A DNA stretch of 64,000 nucleotides from a bacterium (GTDB taxonomy: Bacteria; Patescibacteriota; Minisyncoccia; Phycocordibacterales; GWA1-40-21), in NCBI GenBank assembly GCA_037131755.1, contig JBAXQJ010000002.1, positions 8,851-72,850 on the forward strand, in the 5' to 3' direction. How positions within the stretch are numbered: position 1 is the first letter of the stretch; each line of letters starts with the position of its first letter. The notes beneath the pieces are model-generated. The model had not been told where the DNA came from and did no database searches. It saw nothing but the letters and a program-made list of their open reading frames with translations. Of this stretch, positions 1 to 11,034 are shown one piece after another. The position numbers and the translations under genes are program-made.

Positions 1-146
1 GGCAGTCGAGCGGGGCTCCTGCAAAGTAAACTTTGTAAATGATTTCACTCAACAATTTTTCAAAAGGAATTGGTTGAGACGATACTAGGATCAAAAAGGA
101 ATTGTCTGATGTATAGAATTTGTTCAAGCAATTGATTAAATGATAT

Positions 147-2012
<1,866 letters not shown>

Positions 2013-2019
2013 TTATAAG

Positions 2020-2046
2020 AAAGGCCACTCGCAAGGGTGGTTTTTC
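2020..2046 (+). terminator. intrinsic terminator of the 16S transcript
   Basis: GGCCACTC-GCAA-GGGTGGTT hairpin followed by a T tract. Confidence 0.8.
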
Positions 2047-2088
2047 TGTTGCCACAATACCCCTTATATAGAGGCCTATTTTGGTCTA

Positions 2089-2116
2089 TTGACAAATATC
2101 TACAATATGATATACT
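2089..2116 (+). promoter_or_regulatory. sigma70 promoter of the 2174 gene
   Basis: TTGACA-16 bp-TATACT with TGn extension. Confidence 0.8.
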
Positions 2117-2173
2117 TTTAGAGTATTTGAACATTGTTAATTGTGTGCATAAACTTCCAAACAAGGAGTAAGT

Positions 2174-2443
2174 ATGAACAGGATAAGAAAAGAGATTGAG
2201 CGCCGTCAGCTGAGTATCGGCGATGCGTTGCTGTTGCAGCAACGTTCGCATGATGAAATCATGTCTGTCCAAAGATCGTACAATTGGGCGGTCATGCGTT
2301 ATGAACTCGGTTGCGCCTTAGACGACCTCCACGAACTGTTGTTCGGCTGGATGGTCGGGCACGAGAAGGAATTGACGACCTTGGTCTTGGCACTCGGGTT
2401 TGCAGCGATAGTTATGACAATGGTTCTCAAGCCCCTGTTGTAA
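2174..2443 (+). CDS. hypothetical protein with C-terminal TM helix (SD-class ORFan)
   Basis: ORF with own promoter, SD AAGGAG 5 nt upstream and terminator at 2458-2494. Confidence 0.75.
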   Translation: MNRIRKEIERRQLSIGDALLLQQRSHDEIMSVQRSYNWAVMRYELGCALDDLHELLFGWMVGHEKELTTLVLALGFAAIVMTMVLKPLL

Positions 2444-2587
2444 TACTTCATCGCTTATGGGCGCCGGTAGATTTATCTACTCGGCGCTCATTTTAAATTG
2501 GATGTTGTTGAAATTAAATAATCATGCTAATTTCTTAAGAGTGTTTTTTCTGGTCTTTTTGTAAACCGATAGAAAGTGAGGTCTAAA

Positions 2588-2953
2588 ATGCCGTACGAAA
2601 ACAAACACGGAAGCCGGCTAATCAATGGCCCAGAGATGATTGTGGAGCCGAAGATCGAAGCTGTCTCATATGTCTACAATCCAGATAGCTTGTGGCATCG
2701 GCAGATGCTTCGGCTGTATATCTTTGTTCGCGAAGTTAAAAATCAGATCAAGGACTTATTGCAGACATGGTTTCGGATTGCGGTGGTTGGGCTGGCGGTG
2801 GTCGGAATGTTTCTGCTTTTTGCTGCCCTAGCTCTCGGATTTGTTTGTATTGTTTTGGTTTCGCTCGGAATACTTTTGATCATCACTTGGGTCGTGTTGT
2901 CGACGATACTGTCTCCATATTTGGAAAGGATCTTTCTGTATCTGTTGAGCTAA
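2588..2953 (+). CDS. hypothetical membrane protein (SD-class ORFan)
   Basis: ATG at 2588 follows GAGGT by 5 nt; long hydrophobic C-terminal half; terminator CCCCCGTCACAA/TTGTGGCGGGGG at 2959-2984. Confidence 0.7.
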   Translation: MPYENKHGSRLINGPEMIVEPKIEAVSYVYNPDSLWHRQMLRLYIFVREVKNQIKDLLQTWFRIAVVGLAVVGMFLLFAALALGFVCIVLVSLGILLIITWVVLSTILSPYLERIFLYLLS

Positions 2954-2992
2954 ACATACCCCCGTCACAACATTGTGGCGGGGGATTTTGAT

Positions 2993-3269
2993 TGTGCGCG
3001 CACTAGGAGTTTTTCCCTCGACTAAATTTTCGCCGTCGCTCAAATTTGTCTGGGCACCAGCTCACTCGTTTTTCTTGCTAGAAAAACATCGTTCCGCTGT
3101 TCAAATCCTAGACGGCAGCAAAGCAGTTTGCTGCCTTGCGTGCACCTTGTGGTCACGGATAATTTTCTGCTGAAAATTTCCGCGACCCCGTCTCGCGCCG
3201 TCGCGCTCCGACCCGCACATCGCAAAAGAAAAACACCTTAAGAAAGGTGATTTTCATATATTTGCGATG
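2993..3269 (-). repeat. composite palindromic element downstream of tRNA-Ile, ending in a 16 bp copy of the tRNA 3' end
   Basis: TGTGCGCGCACTAGGA at 2993-3008 and 3268-3283; inverted T-arm copy at 3099-3111; repeat core at 3151-3213. Confidence 0.8.
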
Positions 3270-3342
3270 TGCGCGCACTAGGATTTGAACCTAGGACCCC
3301 ATCAGTATCAGTGATGTGCTCTACCAACTGAGCTATGCGCGC
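3270..3342 (-). tRNA. tRNA-Ile(GAT)
   Basis: cloverleaf GCGCGCA...TGCGCGC-A, anticodon arm CATCA-CTGATAC-TGATG, T loop TTCAAAT; CCA not encoded. Confidence 0.96.
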
Positions 3343-3514
3343 ATTAATTTATGGAGAGAATATATCAGAAAATTGGCAAAAAGACAATGCAATTCTTATT
3401 ATAAGGTTTGGTTTTGAAAAAAGGTAATTTCATGCTACAATACCGGCTCAAATTTAATAGGTCATTGCTCCGCGTAAAAGCGGGCAATTTTAATGGGTAA
3501 TAATAATATTTTGT

Positions 3515-4939
3515 ATGAATAGCGTCAAAAAAACAAAAATAGTCTGTACGATCGGACCGGCAACGGAATCTGAGAAAGTGTTGGGCGAGCTGGTCGGTGC
3601 CGGCATGAATGTGATGCGTCTGAACTTTTCTCATGGCGATTTTGCCGAACATCAGGTGCGAGTGAATAATATCCGAAACATAATCAAGAAAACCGGCAAG
3701 CCGATAGCTATTTTGCAGGATTTGGCCGGCCCAAAGATCCGAATCGGCGAATTTGAAAAGGGTCTGACCGTTCTCAAGGAAGGCGCTAAATTCACTTTGA
3801 CGACTGACAAGATCGTTGGTAATGATGAAAAAGTTTCCATCAATTACCCGATGTTGCCAAAGGAAGTGAAGGTTGGTGATCATATCTTGTTGCACGATGG
3901 CAAGAAAGCCCTTCTGGTCACCGAAATAAAAGGCAATGACGTTATCTGTAAGGTGACGGTTGGCGGTGAAATAAAAAGCCGACGCGGTGTGAACCTTCCC
4001 GATTCAGACTTGTCCGTCAGTTCTATTACTGAAAAAGACAGAAAGGATATTGCTTTTGGCTTGAAAAACAAGGTGGATTATTTCGCCCTGTCTTTTGTGA
4101 GACGACCGGCTGACATAACCGAGCTTAAAGATATCCTCGCCAAGGCTAAAAGTGATGCGAGAATAATCGCCAAAATTGAAACTCCTCAAGCCCTAAAAAA
4201 CATCGATGAAATTATTAAACTATCCGATGGCATTATGGTTGCCCGGGGGGATTTGGCCGTAGAAATTCCCGCTGAAGAGGTGCCCTTGGTCCAGAAGATG
4301 TTGATTCAGAAATGTAATCAGGCGGGTAAGCCGGTCATTACCGCTACCCAGATGCTTGAATCGATGATTAATTCTCCAGTGCCAACTCGCGCCGAAGTCT
4401 CTGACGTGGCTAATGCTATCTTAGATGGTACGGATGCCATCATGCTTTCCGAGGAAACCACCCTCGGTCAATTCCCAGTCAAGGCTGTCCAGATGATGAC
4501 CAGGATTGCGGAAAAAATCGAAAGCGATTCCCAATATCGAACTTTGGTTACTTCTCGAAAATACAGCGATCCGATTAAGAGGACATCCGATGCCTTGGGT
4601 AACGGCGCAATGGAAGTGGCCAAGGAAAGCGGGGCGAAGGTTATTGTCGCTCTGACGGATCGTGGTTTTGCTGCCCGAATGATTTCTCGCTATAAGCCAG
4701 AGCAAAAGATTTTGGCGTTGACCCCGAATGAAAAGACTAGAAATTGGCTGGCCCTGTCTTATGGTTGCTCGACGGTCGTCTGCAAGAAATTTGGTCAGAT
4801 AAATGAAGCGATCAAGGAAGCAAAAGCTTTGACTCTAAAGAGCAAGATGGCAGTGAAGGGAGACAAGATTGTGATTGTCTTTGGCTTGCCACTTGGAAAG
4901 AGTGGGGGAACTAATTCATTGATTGTGGAAACACTATAA
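3515..4939 (+). CDS. pyk: pyruvate kinase
   Basis: KTKIVCTIGPA, RLNFSHG, MVARGDL, ATQMLESM motifs. Confidence 0.98.
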   Translation: MNSVKKTKIVCTIGPATESEKVLGELVGAGMNVMRLNFSHGDFAEHQVRVNNIRNIIKKTGKPIAILQDLAGPKIRIGEFEKGLTVLKEGAKFTLTTDKIVGNDEKVSINYPMLPKEVKVGDHILLHDGKKALLVTEIKGNDVICKVTVGGEIKSRRGVNLPDSDLSVSSITEKDRKDIAFGLKNKVDYFALSFVRRPADITELKDILAKAKSDARIIAKIETPQALKNIDEIIKLSDGIMVARGDLAVEIPAEEVPLVQKMLIQKCNQAGKPVITATQMLESMINSPVPTRAEVSDVANAILDGTDAIMLSEETTLGQFPVKAVQMMTRIAEKIESDSQYRTLVTSRKYSDPIKRTSDALGNGAMEVAKESGAKVIVALTDRGFAARMISRYKPEQKILALTPNEKTRNWLALSYGCSTVVCKKFGQINEAIKEAKALTLKSKMAVKGDKIVIVFGLPLGKSGGTNSLIVETL

Positions 4940-4972
4940 AAGTAGATCGTATATTGTAGAGGGTAGATAGAG

Positions 4973-5013
4973 CAAAGCCGGAATTCGCGTAGCGAATTCC
5001 GGCTTTGATTTTT
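4973..5013 (+). terminator. pyk terminator
   Basis: CAAAGCCGGAATTCGC-GTA-GCGAATTCCGGCTTTG plus T tract. Confidence 0.85.
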
Positions 5014-5041
5014 GAAGGTTTTACTATAGTATATGGCTATT

Positions 5042-5125
5042 GCCGCGGTGGCGAAATTGGTAGACGCGCTACGTTCAGGTCGTAGTTCTCGCAAGGGATT
5101 GGAGGTTCAAATCCTCTCCGCGGCA
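5042..5125 (+). tRNA. tRNA-Leu(CAG)
   Basis: GCCGCGG...CCGCGGC-A, anticodon arm CTACG-TTCAGGT-CGTAG, long variable arm; CCA not encoded. Confidence 0.96.
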
Positions 5126-5126
5126 C

Positions 5127-6506
5127 ATGAGGGATTACAAGGAATGTTTCAAAGGTAAGAAAATAACCATGCTTGGTCTCGGCCTTCTTGGTCGCGGTTT
5201 GAACGACGCCAAGTTTTTGGCCGAATGCGGAGCAGACCTGATCGTGACTGATTTGAAAACCGCTGACGAATTGAAACCAACGCTAAAAAAGTTACAATCT
5301 ACAAAATCCAATCTACAATCTACAAAATTTGTCTTGGGCGAACACCGATTGGAAGATTTCCGTAATCGCGATTTTATTTTGAAATCGGCTGGTGTTCCGC
5401 TTGGTTCTCCGTATATTGCCGAAGCTAAAAAAAACAATATTCCGATCGAGATGGATGAATCCTTGTTTTTCAAATTGGTTTCCGATGTCACATTAATCGG
5501 TGTGACTGGTACTAGGGGTAAAACCACCACAACCTATTTGATATACGAAATACTCAAAGCCGCTTATGGCGAGAAAGTCCATCTTGGCGGAAATATTCGC
5601 GGTTTAGCGACTTTGCCTCTTCTAAAAAAAATCCGACCTGGCGATATGGTGGTCGCGGAGCTTTCTTCCTGGCAGCTGCAGGGTTTTGGCGAGGCCAAAA
5701 TCAGTCCGCAGATTTCCGTGTTTACAAACCTCTTGCCTGATCATTTGAACTATTACCTGATCGGCAGCAAGGATGAAAAAGAGGCCAAACAGAAATATTT
5801 TTTAGACAAGGCTCAGATTTTTGCAAACCAAAAGGCCGGTGATCATTTGATTTTGGACAGGGATATCAAAAAAATCATTTTGCAAAGATACAGCAGAAAC
5901 ATTTTAAGTACACAAAAAATCATTGGCAACAGGTTACCCGCCGGTTGGAAACCCAAAATCAAAGGCGAACATAATGTCAGGCATATCTTGCGGGCAATGG
6001 AGGTGGCTAAGATTTTGGGTGTTGACCTGAAGATAATAAAAAAAGCTGTGGAGAATTTTGGTGGGGTGGACGGACGCCAGCAATTGGTCAGGGAGTATAA
6101 GGGGATAAAAATATATAACGATACGACGGCGACCACGCCGGACGCGACCGTCGTGGCTTTGAAATCTCTCGGTGATAAAAAGAAGAAGAACCTTGTCCTT
6201 ATTATCGGCGGTTCGGACAAGGGCCTGGTGATGTCGGTATTGATCAAGGAAGCGCCGAAATATTGCAAAAAAATTATTGTCCTTGACGGAATCGGATCAG
6301 ATAAATTAAAAATTCAGATTAGTAAGATAAAGGCCTGGGATTATGCCGAAGCCAGCAGCCTGAAAGAGGCGGTAAAAAAAGCTGTCGGATATTGCAAGCG
6401 CGGGGACACGCTTCTTCTCAGCCCCGCCCACGCTTCCAAAGGAATGTTTAAGAATGAATATGACCGAGGCGATCAGTTTGTAAAAATCATAAATGATTTG
6501 AAATAA
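5127..6506 (+). CDS. murD: UDP-N-acetylmuramoyl-L-alanine--D-glutamate ligase
   Basis: GLGLLG Rossmann start, GVTGTRGKTTT P-loop, ELSSWQL, NDTTAT, LLSPAHAS. Confidence 0.95.
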   Translation: MRDYKECFKGKKITMLGLGLLGRGLNDAKFLAECGADLIVTDLKTADELKPTLKKLQSTKSNLQSTKFVLGEHRLEDFRNRDFILKSAGVPLGSPYIAEAKKNNIPIEMDESLFFKLVSDVTLIGVTGTRGKTTTTYLIYEILKAAYGEKVHLGGNIRGLATLPLLKKIRPGDMVVAELSSWQLQGFGEAKISPQISVFTNLLPDHLNYYLIGSKDEKEAKQKYFLDKAQIFANQKAGDHLILDRDIKKIILQRYSRNILSTQKIIGNRLPAGWKPKIKGEHNVRHILRAMEVAKILGVDLKIIKKAVENFGGVDGRQQLVREYKGIKIYNDTTATTPDATVVALKSLGDKKKKNLVLIIGGSDKGLVMSVLIKEAPKYCKKIIVLDGIGSDKLKIQISKIKAWDYAEASSLKEAVKKAVGYCKRGDTLLLSPAHASKGMFKNEYDRGDQFVKIINDLK

Positions 6507-6536
6507 AAAACGATGAACTGTGATGTTCATCGTTTT
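6505..6536. terminator. bidirectional terminator between murD and the M15 peptidase gene
   Basis: AAAACGATGAAC-TGTGAT-GTTCATCGTTTT. Confidence 0.8.
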
Positions 6537-6547
6537 GGCCTGAATCG

Positions 6548-7300
6548 CTATCTTCCCAGATAACCATAGAGTGCCGCCGGCAGGCCCATTTGATCGGCAT
6601 ACATCTGGTCGAAGATCGAATAGTGCCACCATTCGGTCGGATTGCAGACAAAGCCGTGTTCAGTCATGAGCCAATAAAGCAAGCGCCGATTTTTTCGGGC
6701 TTCCTCCTCACGAGCCGAGAGACTTCGTTGTTTGGATTCATGTTCGAAATAATCCGGATACATGAGGCCTTTGCCTTTTCCAAACTCCAATTTCTCTCCG
6801 TCAACTTGCCTGATGTCGAGGTCGACTGCTCCACCGGTAGAGTGGGGCGGGGGAGAAAGAAACAATCTTTTCTTAGGCGGAACTTTTGTTATCCAGCCAG
6901 ACATTTCCTTTCGGATGTCTTCGTCTGACAGTTTCGTCTTTCCCTTTTTTATTTTCCAAAAGTTACGCCAATAGATTATGCGTTGGACTTGGATTGGCCG
7001 ATAAGCATCGCTTACATAGAGCATCAGGCCAACTTCCCGCAGTTCTCTGTCGATATCCAACAATATGCTGGCCACGGTCTTGCGCACAAACAAGTTTTCA
7101 ATTGCCCCCGCTATGGTTGGCAGTATTTTAAACTGGTAGTTTGCCCCAGCGATGCCTAATTTCCGAAGATCGACATCCCTCTCTTTGTGCAAGGGGTTGT
7201 GCCGGTTAATCGGGATATCATAGATGCTGCCTTTCGATTGCCTCGTGCCTGACAAATCTGTTATTGGCCTACTCCTATATAATTCAAGGTCTAATTTCAT
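6548..7300 (-). CDS. M15 family D-Ala-D-Ala dipeptidase (VanX/DdpX-like), SD-class
   Basis: DAYRP, PPHSTGGAVDL (HxxGxAxD) and EWWHY motifs; SD AAGGAG 7 nt upstream. Confidence 0.88.
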   Translation of the reverse strand: MKLDLELYRSRPITDLSGTRQSKGSIYDIPINRHNPLHKERDVDLRKLGIAGANYQFKILPTIAGAIENLFVRKTVASILLDIDRELREVGLMLYVSDAYRPIQVQRIIYWRNFWKIKKGKTKLSDEDIRKEMSGWITKVPPKKRLFLSPPPHSTGGAVDLDIRQVDGEKLEFGKGKGLMYPDYFEHESKQRSLSAREEEARKNRRLLYWLMTEHGFVCNPTEWWHYSIFDQMYADQMGLPAALYGYLGR

Positions 7301-7332
7301 AGAACAACTCCTTTGTAATTAGTCTGGTGTTA

Positions 7333-7404
7333 AAATTAGCACACAAATAAGCTTTGTCAACTAAGGATTTTTAAGCTTGACAAATAATCTAGATATGCTA
7401 TAAT
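7333..7404. promoter_or_regulatory. back-to-back divergent sigma70 promoters
   Basis: minus strand TTGACA(7360-7355)-16-TGcTAATTT; plus strand TTGACA(7377-7382)-16-TGcTATAAT(7399-7404). Confidence 0.85.
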
Positions 7405-7489
7405 AGACAACGAAGCTGGTTTTGAGTTCGCAACATAAAGTTGTGCAAAACCGGTAAAAAATAGAATAGAGAAAAGAAAGAGGTAGACC

Positions 7490-8452
7490 GTGAAGAAAGT
7501 GAATACGATAGTCGTGCATCAGAACCCGCATTTGGATGAGATCGTGGCCGTTTGGTTCCTTCGGAATTTCGGCGAGGAAAAGTTCCCCGGCGTTTCCGAA
7601 GCGAAGCTTACGACCTGGGGTCGCAAGGAATTGTCGCGGACGACGCCGGAGATGTGCGCGATGAGCGGAACTCTCCTTGTCGGCCTTGGTGGCGGAATGT
7701 TTGACGATCATCAGGACGATGGCGTTCGGAAGGATTGTGCCGCTGGTCTGGTTGCCAAGTATCTTGGCCTGGACAAGCTTGGCAAGCTGAAGAAGCTCAT
7801 CAACGACACCTACTTGGCCGATGCCAAGTGCGAAGGCGAGCTCTACTCGAAGGCGGAGGAGGTGAAAAATCTCAATCGCTATTGGGTGGGTTCGATCGAC
7901 GTTGAGCGTCTTTACGCTCAAGTCGAGCCGGCGATACTCGCCATCGTGGCGAGGCAGGAAGAATACTTGGAGGCCAAGAAGGTTTTCTACAAGGCCTACA
8001 AGCAGGAGGTCGGTCCGGCGGCGATCGTTGCCGTCGATAAGCTCGACAATCGCCAGTTCCAGTGCGTGGCGCGGAATATGGGAGGCAACGTGATCGTTCA
8101 GCGCAATGCTGACGGTCTGACGCAGATCTTCGGGTTTGACGACCTGCAGATGGATTGGTTGGCCGCCCGGATCCGCAAGCACGAGCTCTACGCCAGTCAG
8201 ATCAAGCCCCGGCATTTCTTGTCAGGCGAGTATCTGGCCTCGGCGGGAACGGTGCCGGAGGTGCCGCATTGGCATCTCGACCGGAACAATCTGTTGAACG
8301 GCTCTGAGTCGTTTACCGATGTTCCGCCTTCCGGGATTCCGTTCCGGGAGTTGGTGAACCTGGTCGAAAAGCACGCTTGGGAATTGTTCCAGGCGAAGGC
8401 TGATGGCCAGGATGGAGAAGCTCAGCCGAAGGCCGAGCAGGCAGTTGCCTAA
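7490..8452 (+). CDS. divergent MYG1-like/DHH-superfamily phosphoesterase, SD-class
   Basis: N-terminal VHQNPHLDEIVA and GGGMFDDHQ resemble the MYG1 HxGxFHxDE and FDHHQ motifs; GAGGT 5 nt before GTG; terminator at 8467-8507. Confidence 0.6.
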   Translation: MKKVNTIVVHQNPHLDEIVAVWFLRNFGEEKFPGVSEAKLTTWGRKELSRTTPEMCAMSGTLLVGLGGGMFDDHQDDGVRKDCAAGLVAKYLGLDKLGKLKKLINDTYLADAKCEGELYSKAEEVKNLNRYWVGSIDVERLYAQVEPAILAIVARQEEYLEAKKVFYKAYKQEVGPAAIVAVDKLDNRQFQCVARNMGGNVIVQRNADGLTQIFGFDDLQMDWLAARIRKHELYASQIKPRHFLSGEYLASAGTVPEVPHWHLDRNNLLNGSESFTDVPPSGIPFRELVNLVEKHAWELFQAKADGQDGEAQPKAEQAVA

Positions 8453-8557
8453 TTGGCGACTGTGACATAGCCAGGGAGATTAAGTTCTCCCTGGCTATTA
8501 TTTATTTATAAAATTATCAGGGTTCATTATTCCCTGGTTTTCTGTTAAGATGTTTTT

Positions 8558-9955
8558 ATGCAGAATATTTTGAAAGAGGCAAAAATAGTGCATTTTATCG
8601 GTATTGGCGGTATCGGTATTTCGGCGATTGCCCGAATGCTTTTGTCAGAAGGGAAGACCGTGTCCGGGTCTGATGCTTCAGAGTCGGAAATCACGGTCGC
8701 TCTAAGAAAACTTGGCGCGGAGATTTTTATTGGCCAGAAAAAAGAAAACGTTCCGACCAATATTGATTTGTTTGTTTATACCGTAGCGGTAAAAGAAGAT
8801 AACCCAGAATTCATCGAGGCGAAATCCAGAGGGGTAAAGATGATGACTTATGCAGAGACTCTGAATGAAATTTCAAAATCTAAATACACCATTGCGGTAT
8901 CTGGAACTCATGGGAAAACCACCGTGACGGCCATGGTGGCAAAGATATTGATAGATGCTGGTTTGGATCCGACGGTAATCGTGGGTTCTCTGATAAAAGA
9001 TAAAAGTGGCGAGCCGACAAATTTTATTGCTGGCAAGTCGAAGTATTTTGTCGTAGAAGCTTGTGAATATGAACGGTCGTTTTTAAATATTGAGCCCAAA
9101 ATTGCCGTCATAAATAATATTGATGCTGATCATCTGGATTACTATGGTGACTTGAATGGTGTGATCGCCGGTTTTAATGAATTTGCCCAGAAAGTTCCTG
9201 GAGATGGTTTTGTGGTTTGTGATCCTCACGATGAAAAGGTCACCAAGTCACTTATTGGAATTGAAAGTAATATTGTCGATCGCAAAGAATTTTATTCAAA
9301 ATCAATCAAGCTGATGGTTCCCGGCGAGCATAATCGTCTTAATGCGGCGACCGCCATGGCGGTAGCCAAAGTGCTGGGTATCGAAACTGACCAGGCTTTA
9401 AAATCATTAGAAAGTTTTTCCGGAGCTTGGCGCCGTTTCGAATATAAGGGCAAAACAAAAGCGGGAACTATAGTCTATGAAGATTATGCCCATAATCCGC
9501 AGAAAATCCGTGCTGCACTCCAAGGAGCCAGAGAGATGTTCCCGGATAAAAGACTGGTGGTGGTTTTCCAACCACACTTATTTTCCCGCACCAAATTATT
9601 GCTGAATGAATTTGCCACTGCTTTTGGCGATGCTGATGAAATAATCTTGGCACCCATTTACCCGGCTCGCGAGGCTTTTGACCCCACTATAAGTTCGGAG
9701 ATTTTAGCAGAGGGGATTAAGTATAAAAAGCTCGAACAGGATATTTCTCGCCAGACACGAAAATCTTCTGCTGAAGATTTTCTCTGTCCGGCGCCGTCGC
9801 GCCTCCCAAGCTCTAACTCAAAACATCCCGTTCGAGCTTTCAAAAACTTTTCCGATATCGAAACCTACCTAAAATCCTCTCTTAGCCCAAACGATGTCCT
9901 CATTACTATGGGCGCCGGCGAGCAGTATAAGATAGGGGAGAATCTGCTGAAGTGA
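8558..9955 (+). CDS. murC: UDP-N-acetylmuramate--L-alanine ligase with in-frame repeat insertion
   Basis: HFIGIGGIGISA, GTHGKTT, EACEY, DYAHNP, FQPH, MGAG. Confidence 0.96.
   Translation: MQNILKEAKIVHFIGIGGIGISAIARMLLSEGKTVSGSDASESEITVALRKLGAEIFIGQKKENVPTNIDLFVYTVAVKEDNPEFIEAKSRGVKMMTYAETLNEISKSKYTIAVSGTHGKTTVTAMVAKILIDAGLDPTVIVGSLIKDKSGEPTNFIAGKSKYFVVEACEYERSFLNIEPKIAVINNIDADHLDYYGDLNGVIAGFNEFAQKVPGDGFVVCDPHDEKVTKSLIGIESNIVDRKEFYSKSIKLMVPGEHNRLNAATAMAVAKVLGIETDQALKSLESFSGAWRRFEYKGKTKAGTIVYEDYAHNPQKIRAALQGAREMFPDKRLVVVFQPHLFSRTKLLLNEFATAFGDADEIILAPIYPAREAFDPTISSEILAEGIKYKKLEQDISRQTRKSSAEDFLCPAPSRLPSSNSKHPVRAFKNFSDIETYLKSSLSPNDVLITMGAGEQYKIGENLLK
9727..9840. repeat. 114 bp palindromic element inside murC
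   Basis: terminal IR AAAGCTCGAACAGGATATTT/AAACATCCCGTTCGAGCTTT; inner AAAATCTTC-TGCT-GAAGATTTT hairpin and GCGCCGTCGCGC motif. Confidence 0.8.
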
Positions 9956-9983
9956 AAAGTTTTAAGGTTGAAAGTTTATAAGG

Positions 9984-10017
9984 TAAAATAACTTTCACCA
10001 TGGTGAAAGTTATTTTA
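9984..10017. terminator. perfect palindrome after murC (probable terminator)
   Basis: TAAAATAACTTTCAC-CATG-GTGAAAGTTATTTTA. Confidence 0.7.
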
Positions 10018-10217
10018 AAATATACTATGACGTATTTAGTCTGATGTGGTGTATTTGACAAAAGTTATTTTTATAGTAATTTGAATATTAAGAAAGTTCT
10101 CTGACAGAAAATCCATCAGCCAGCTTGGGGCTTTGATGGTGGTCCACTGCTTTGAATCCTAACCGAGTGGTTGGGTTTGGAGTAAAGGCATAAACCAAGT
10201 AAAAGAGGAGAGTAGAA

Positions 10218-10886
10218 ATGAATAAGTTAGGGATTGAGTATTATGTGCCGATTAGTTTTGGAATCACTATTAAGAATGCCGATGTGATACCACTGCTTAT
10301 CCACATGAGATGGTATCAGCAGGCTACTGCAGCCAGGGTTCATTTAAGGCTCCATCACCCTCGCTATGCAGACACTCCCGATAATTTTATCGAGAGTAGT
10401 TATCATCGGGTTCTGTGGGATGATGCCAATGATTCGGAGCAGTTTTCTCATCCAATAGCCAGACTCCGGCTTGAGGGTGGAACCAGACATGCCGCTGGTT
10501 GTAAAAATTTGTGCGCTTTGCTGGAATTGGATTTGAATGATCGGAGGTATGGCAAAAGCATAATTTTCTCTCCGGTTCCGTTTGGGGTAAATGGCAAGCC
10601 GATGCTGCCGTTTTGTGGAGAGGAATTAGTTCAGTTCCTTTACGCGGCCAAAATGGTGTTGGGGTCTGGCAAGAATGTCATTTGGAAAGGGACAGTCTTG
10701 CTGGAACAGCTCAAGAGAGCTAGCGTCGCTGAAGATAAAATCCTGAAATTCTACAACACCTTTTACGAGGTAATGGGGAAGCTGGATTTTATGGACGAGC
10801 CGGAAGAAGACTCCTGGATAATCACCAGGACGGTCAGAGAGTTTGAACAAATCTTTGGCGTTAAGTTGCCGGATATTTGGGATTAA
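10218..10886 (+). CDS. hypothetical protein (SD-class ORFan)
   Basis: 222 aa ORF; TTGACA(10055)-16-TAATTT; SD GAGGAG at 10205-10210; terminator at 10913-10946. Confidence 0.8.
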   Translation: MNKLGIEYYVPISFGITIKNADVIPLLIHMRWYQQATAARVHLRLHHPRYADTPDNFIESSYHRVLWDDANDSEQFSHPIARLRLEGGTRHAAGCKNLCALLELDLNDRRYGKSIIFSPVPFGVNGKPMLPFCGEELVQFLYAAKMVLGSGKNVIWKGTVLLEQLKRASVAEDKILKFYNTFYEVMGKLDFMDEPEEDSWIITRTVREFEQIFGVKLPDIWD

Positions 10887-11034
10887 GTTTGGGGTTGGCG
10901 GGGGAAATATCGGAGCCGGCACGTCTGTGTGCCGGCTCATCTTTTTAATCCTTATATTCCAGTTGACTTTCTGATACTCTTTTGCTAGTATACTCGGAGC
11001 TTGAGAGAGCTTTATTTTTTATAGTAAATCAAGG

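Noticed and set aside
2993-3283. Prophage or integrative element at tRNA-Ile
   Set aside because: Only 275 bp lie between the direct repeats, with no integrase or phage genes
7361-8215. 284 aa minus-strand ORF
   Set aside because: It is the antisense shadow of the GC-rich 7490 gene, which has the promoter, SD, motifs and terminator
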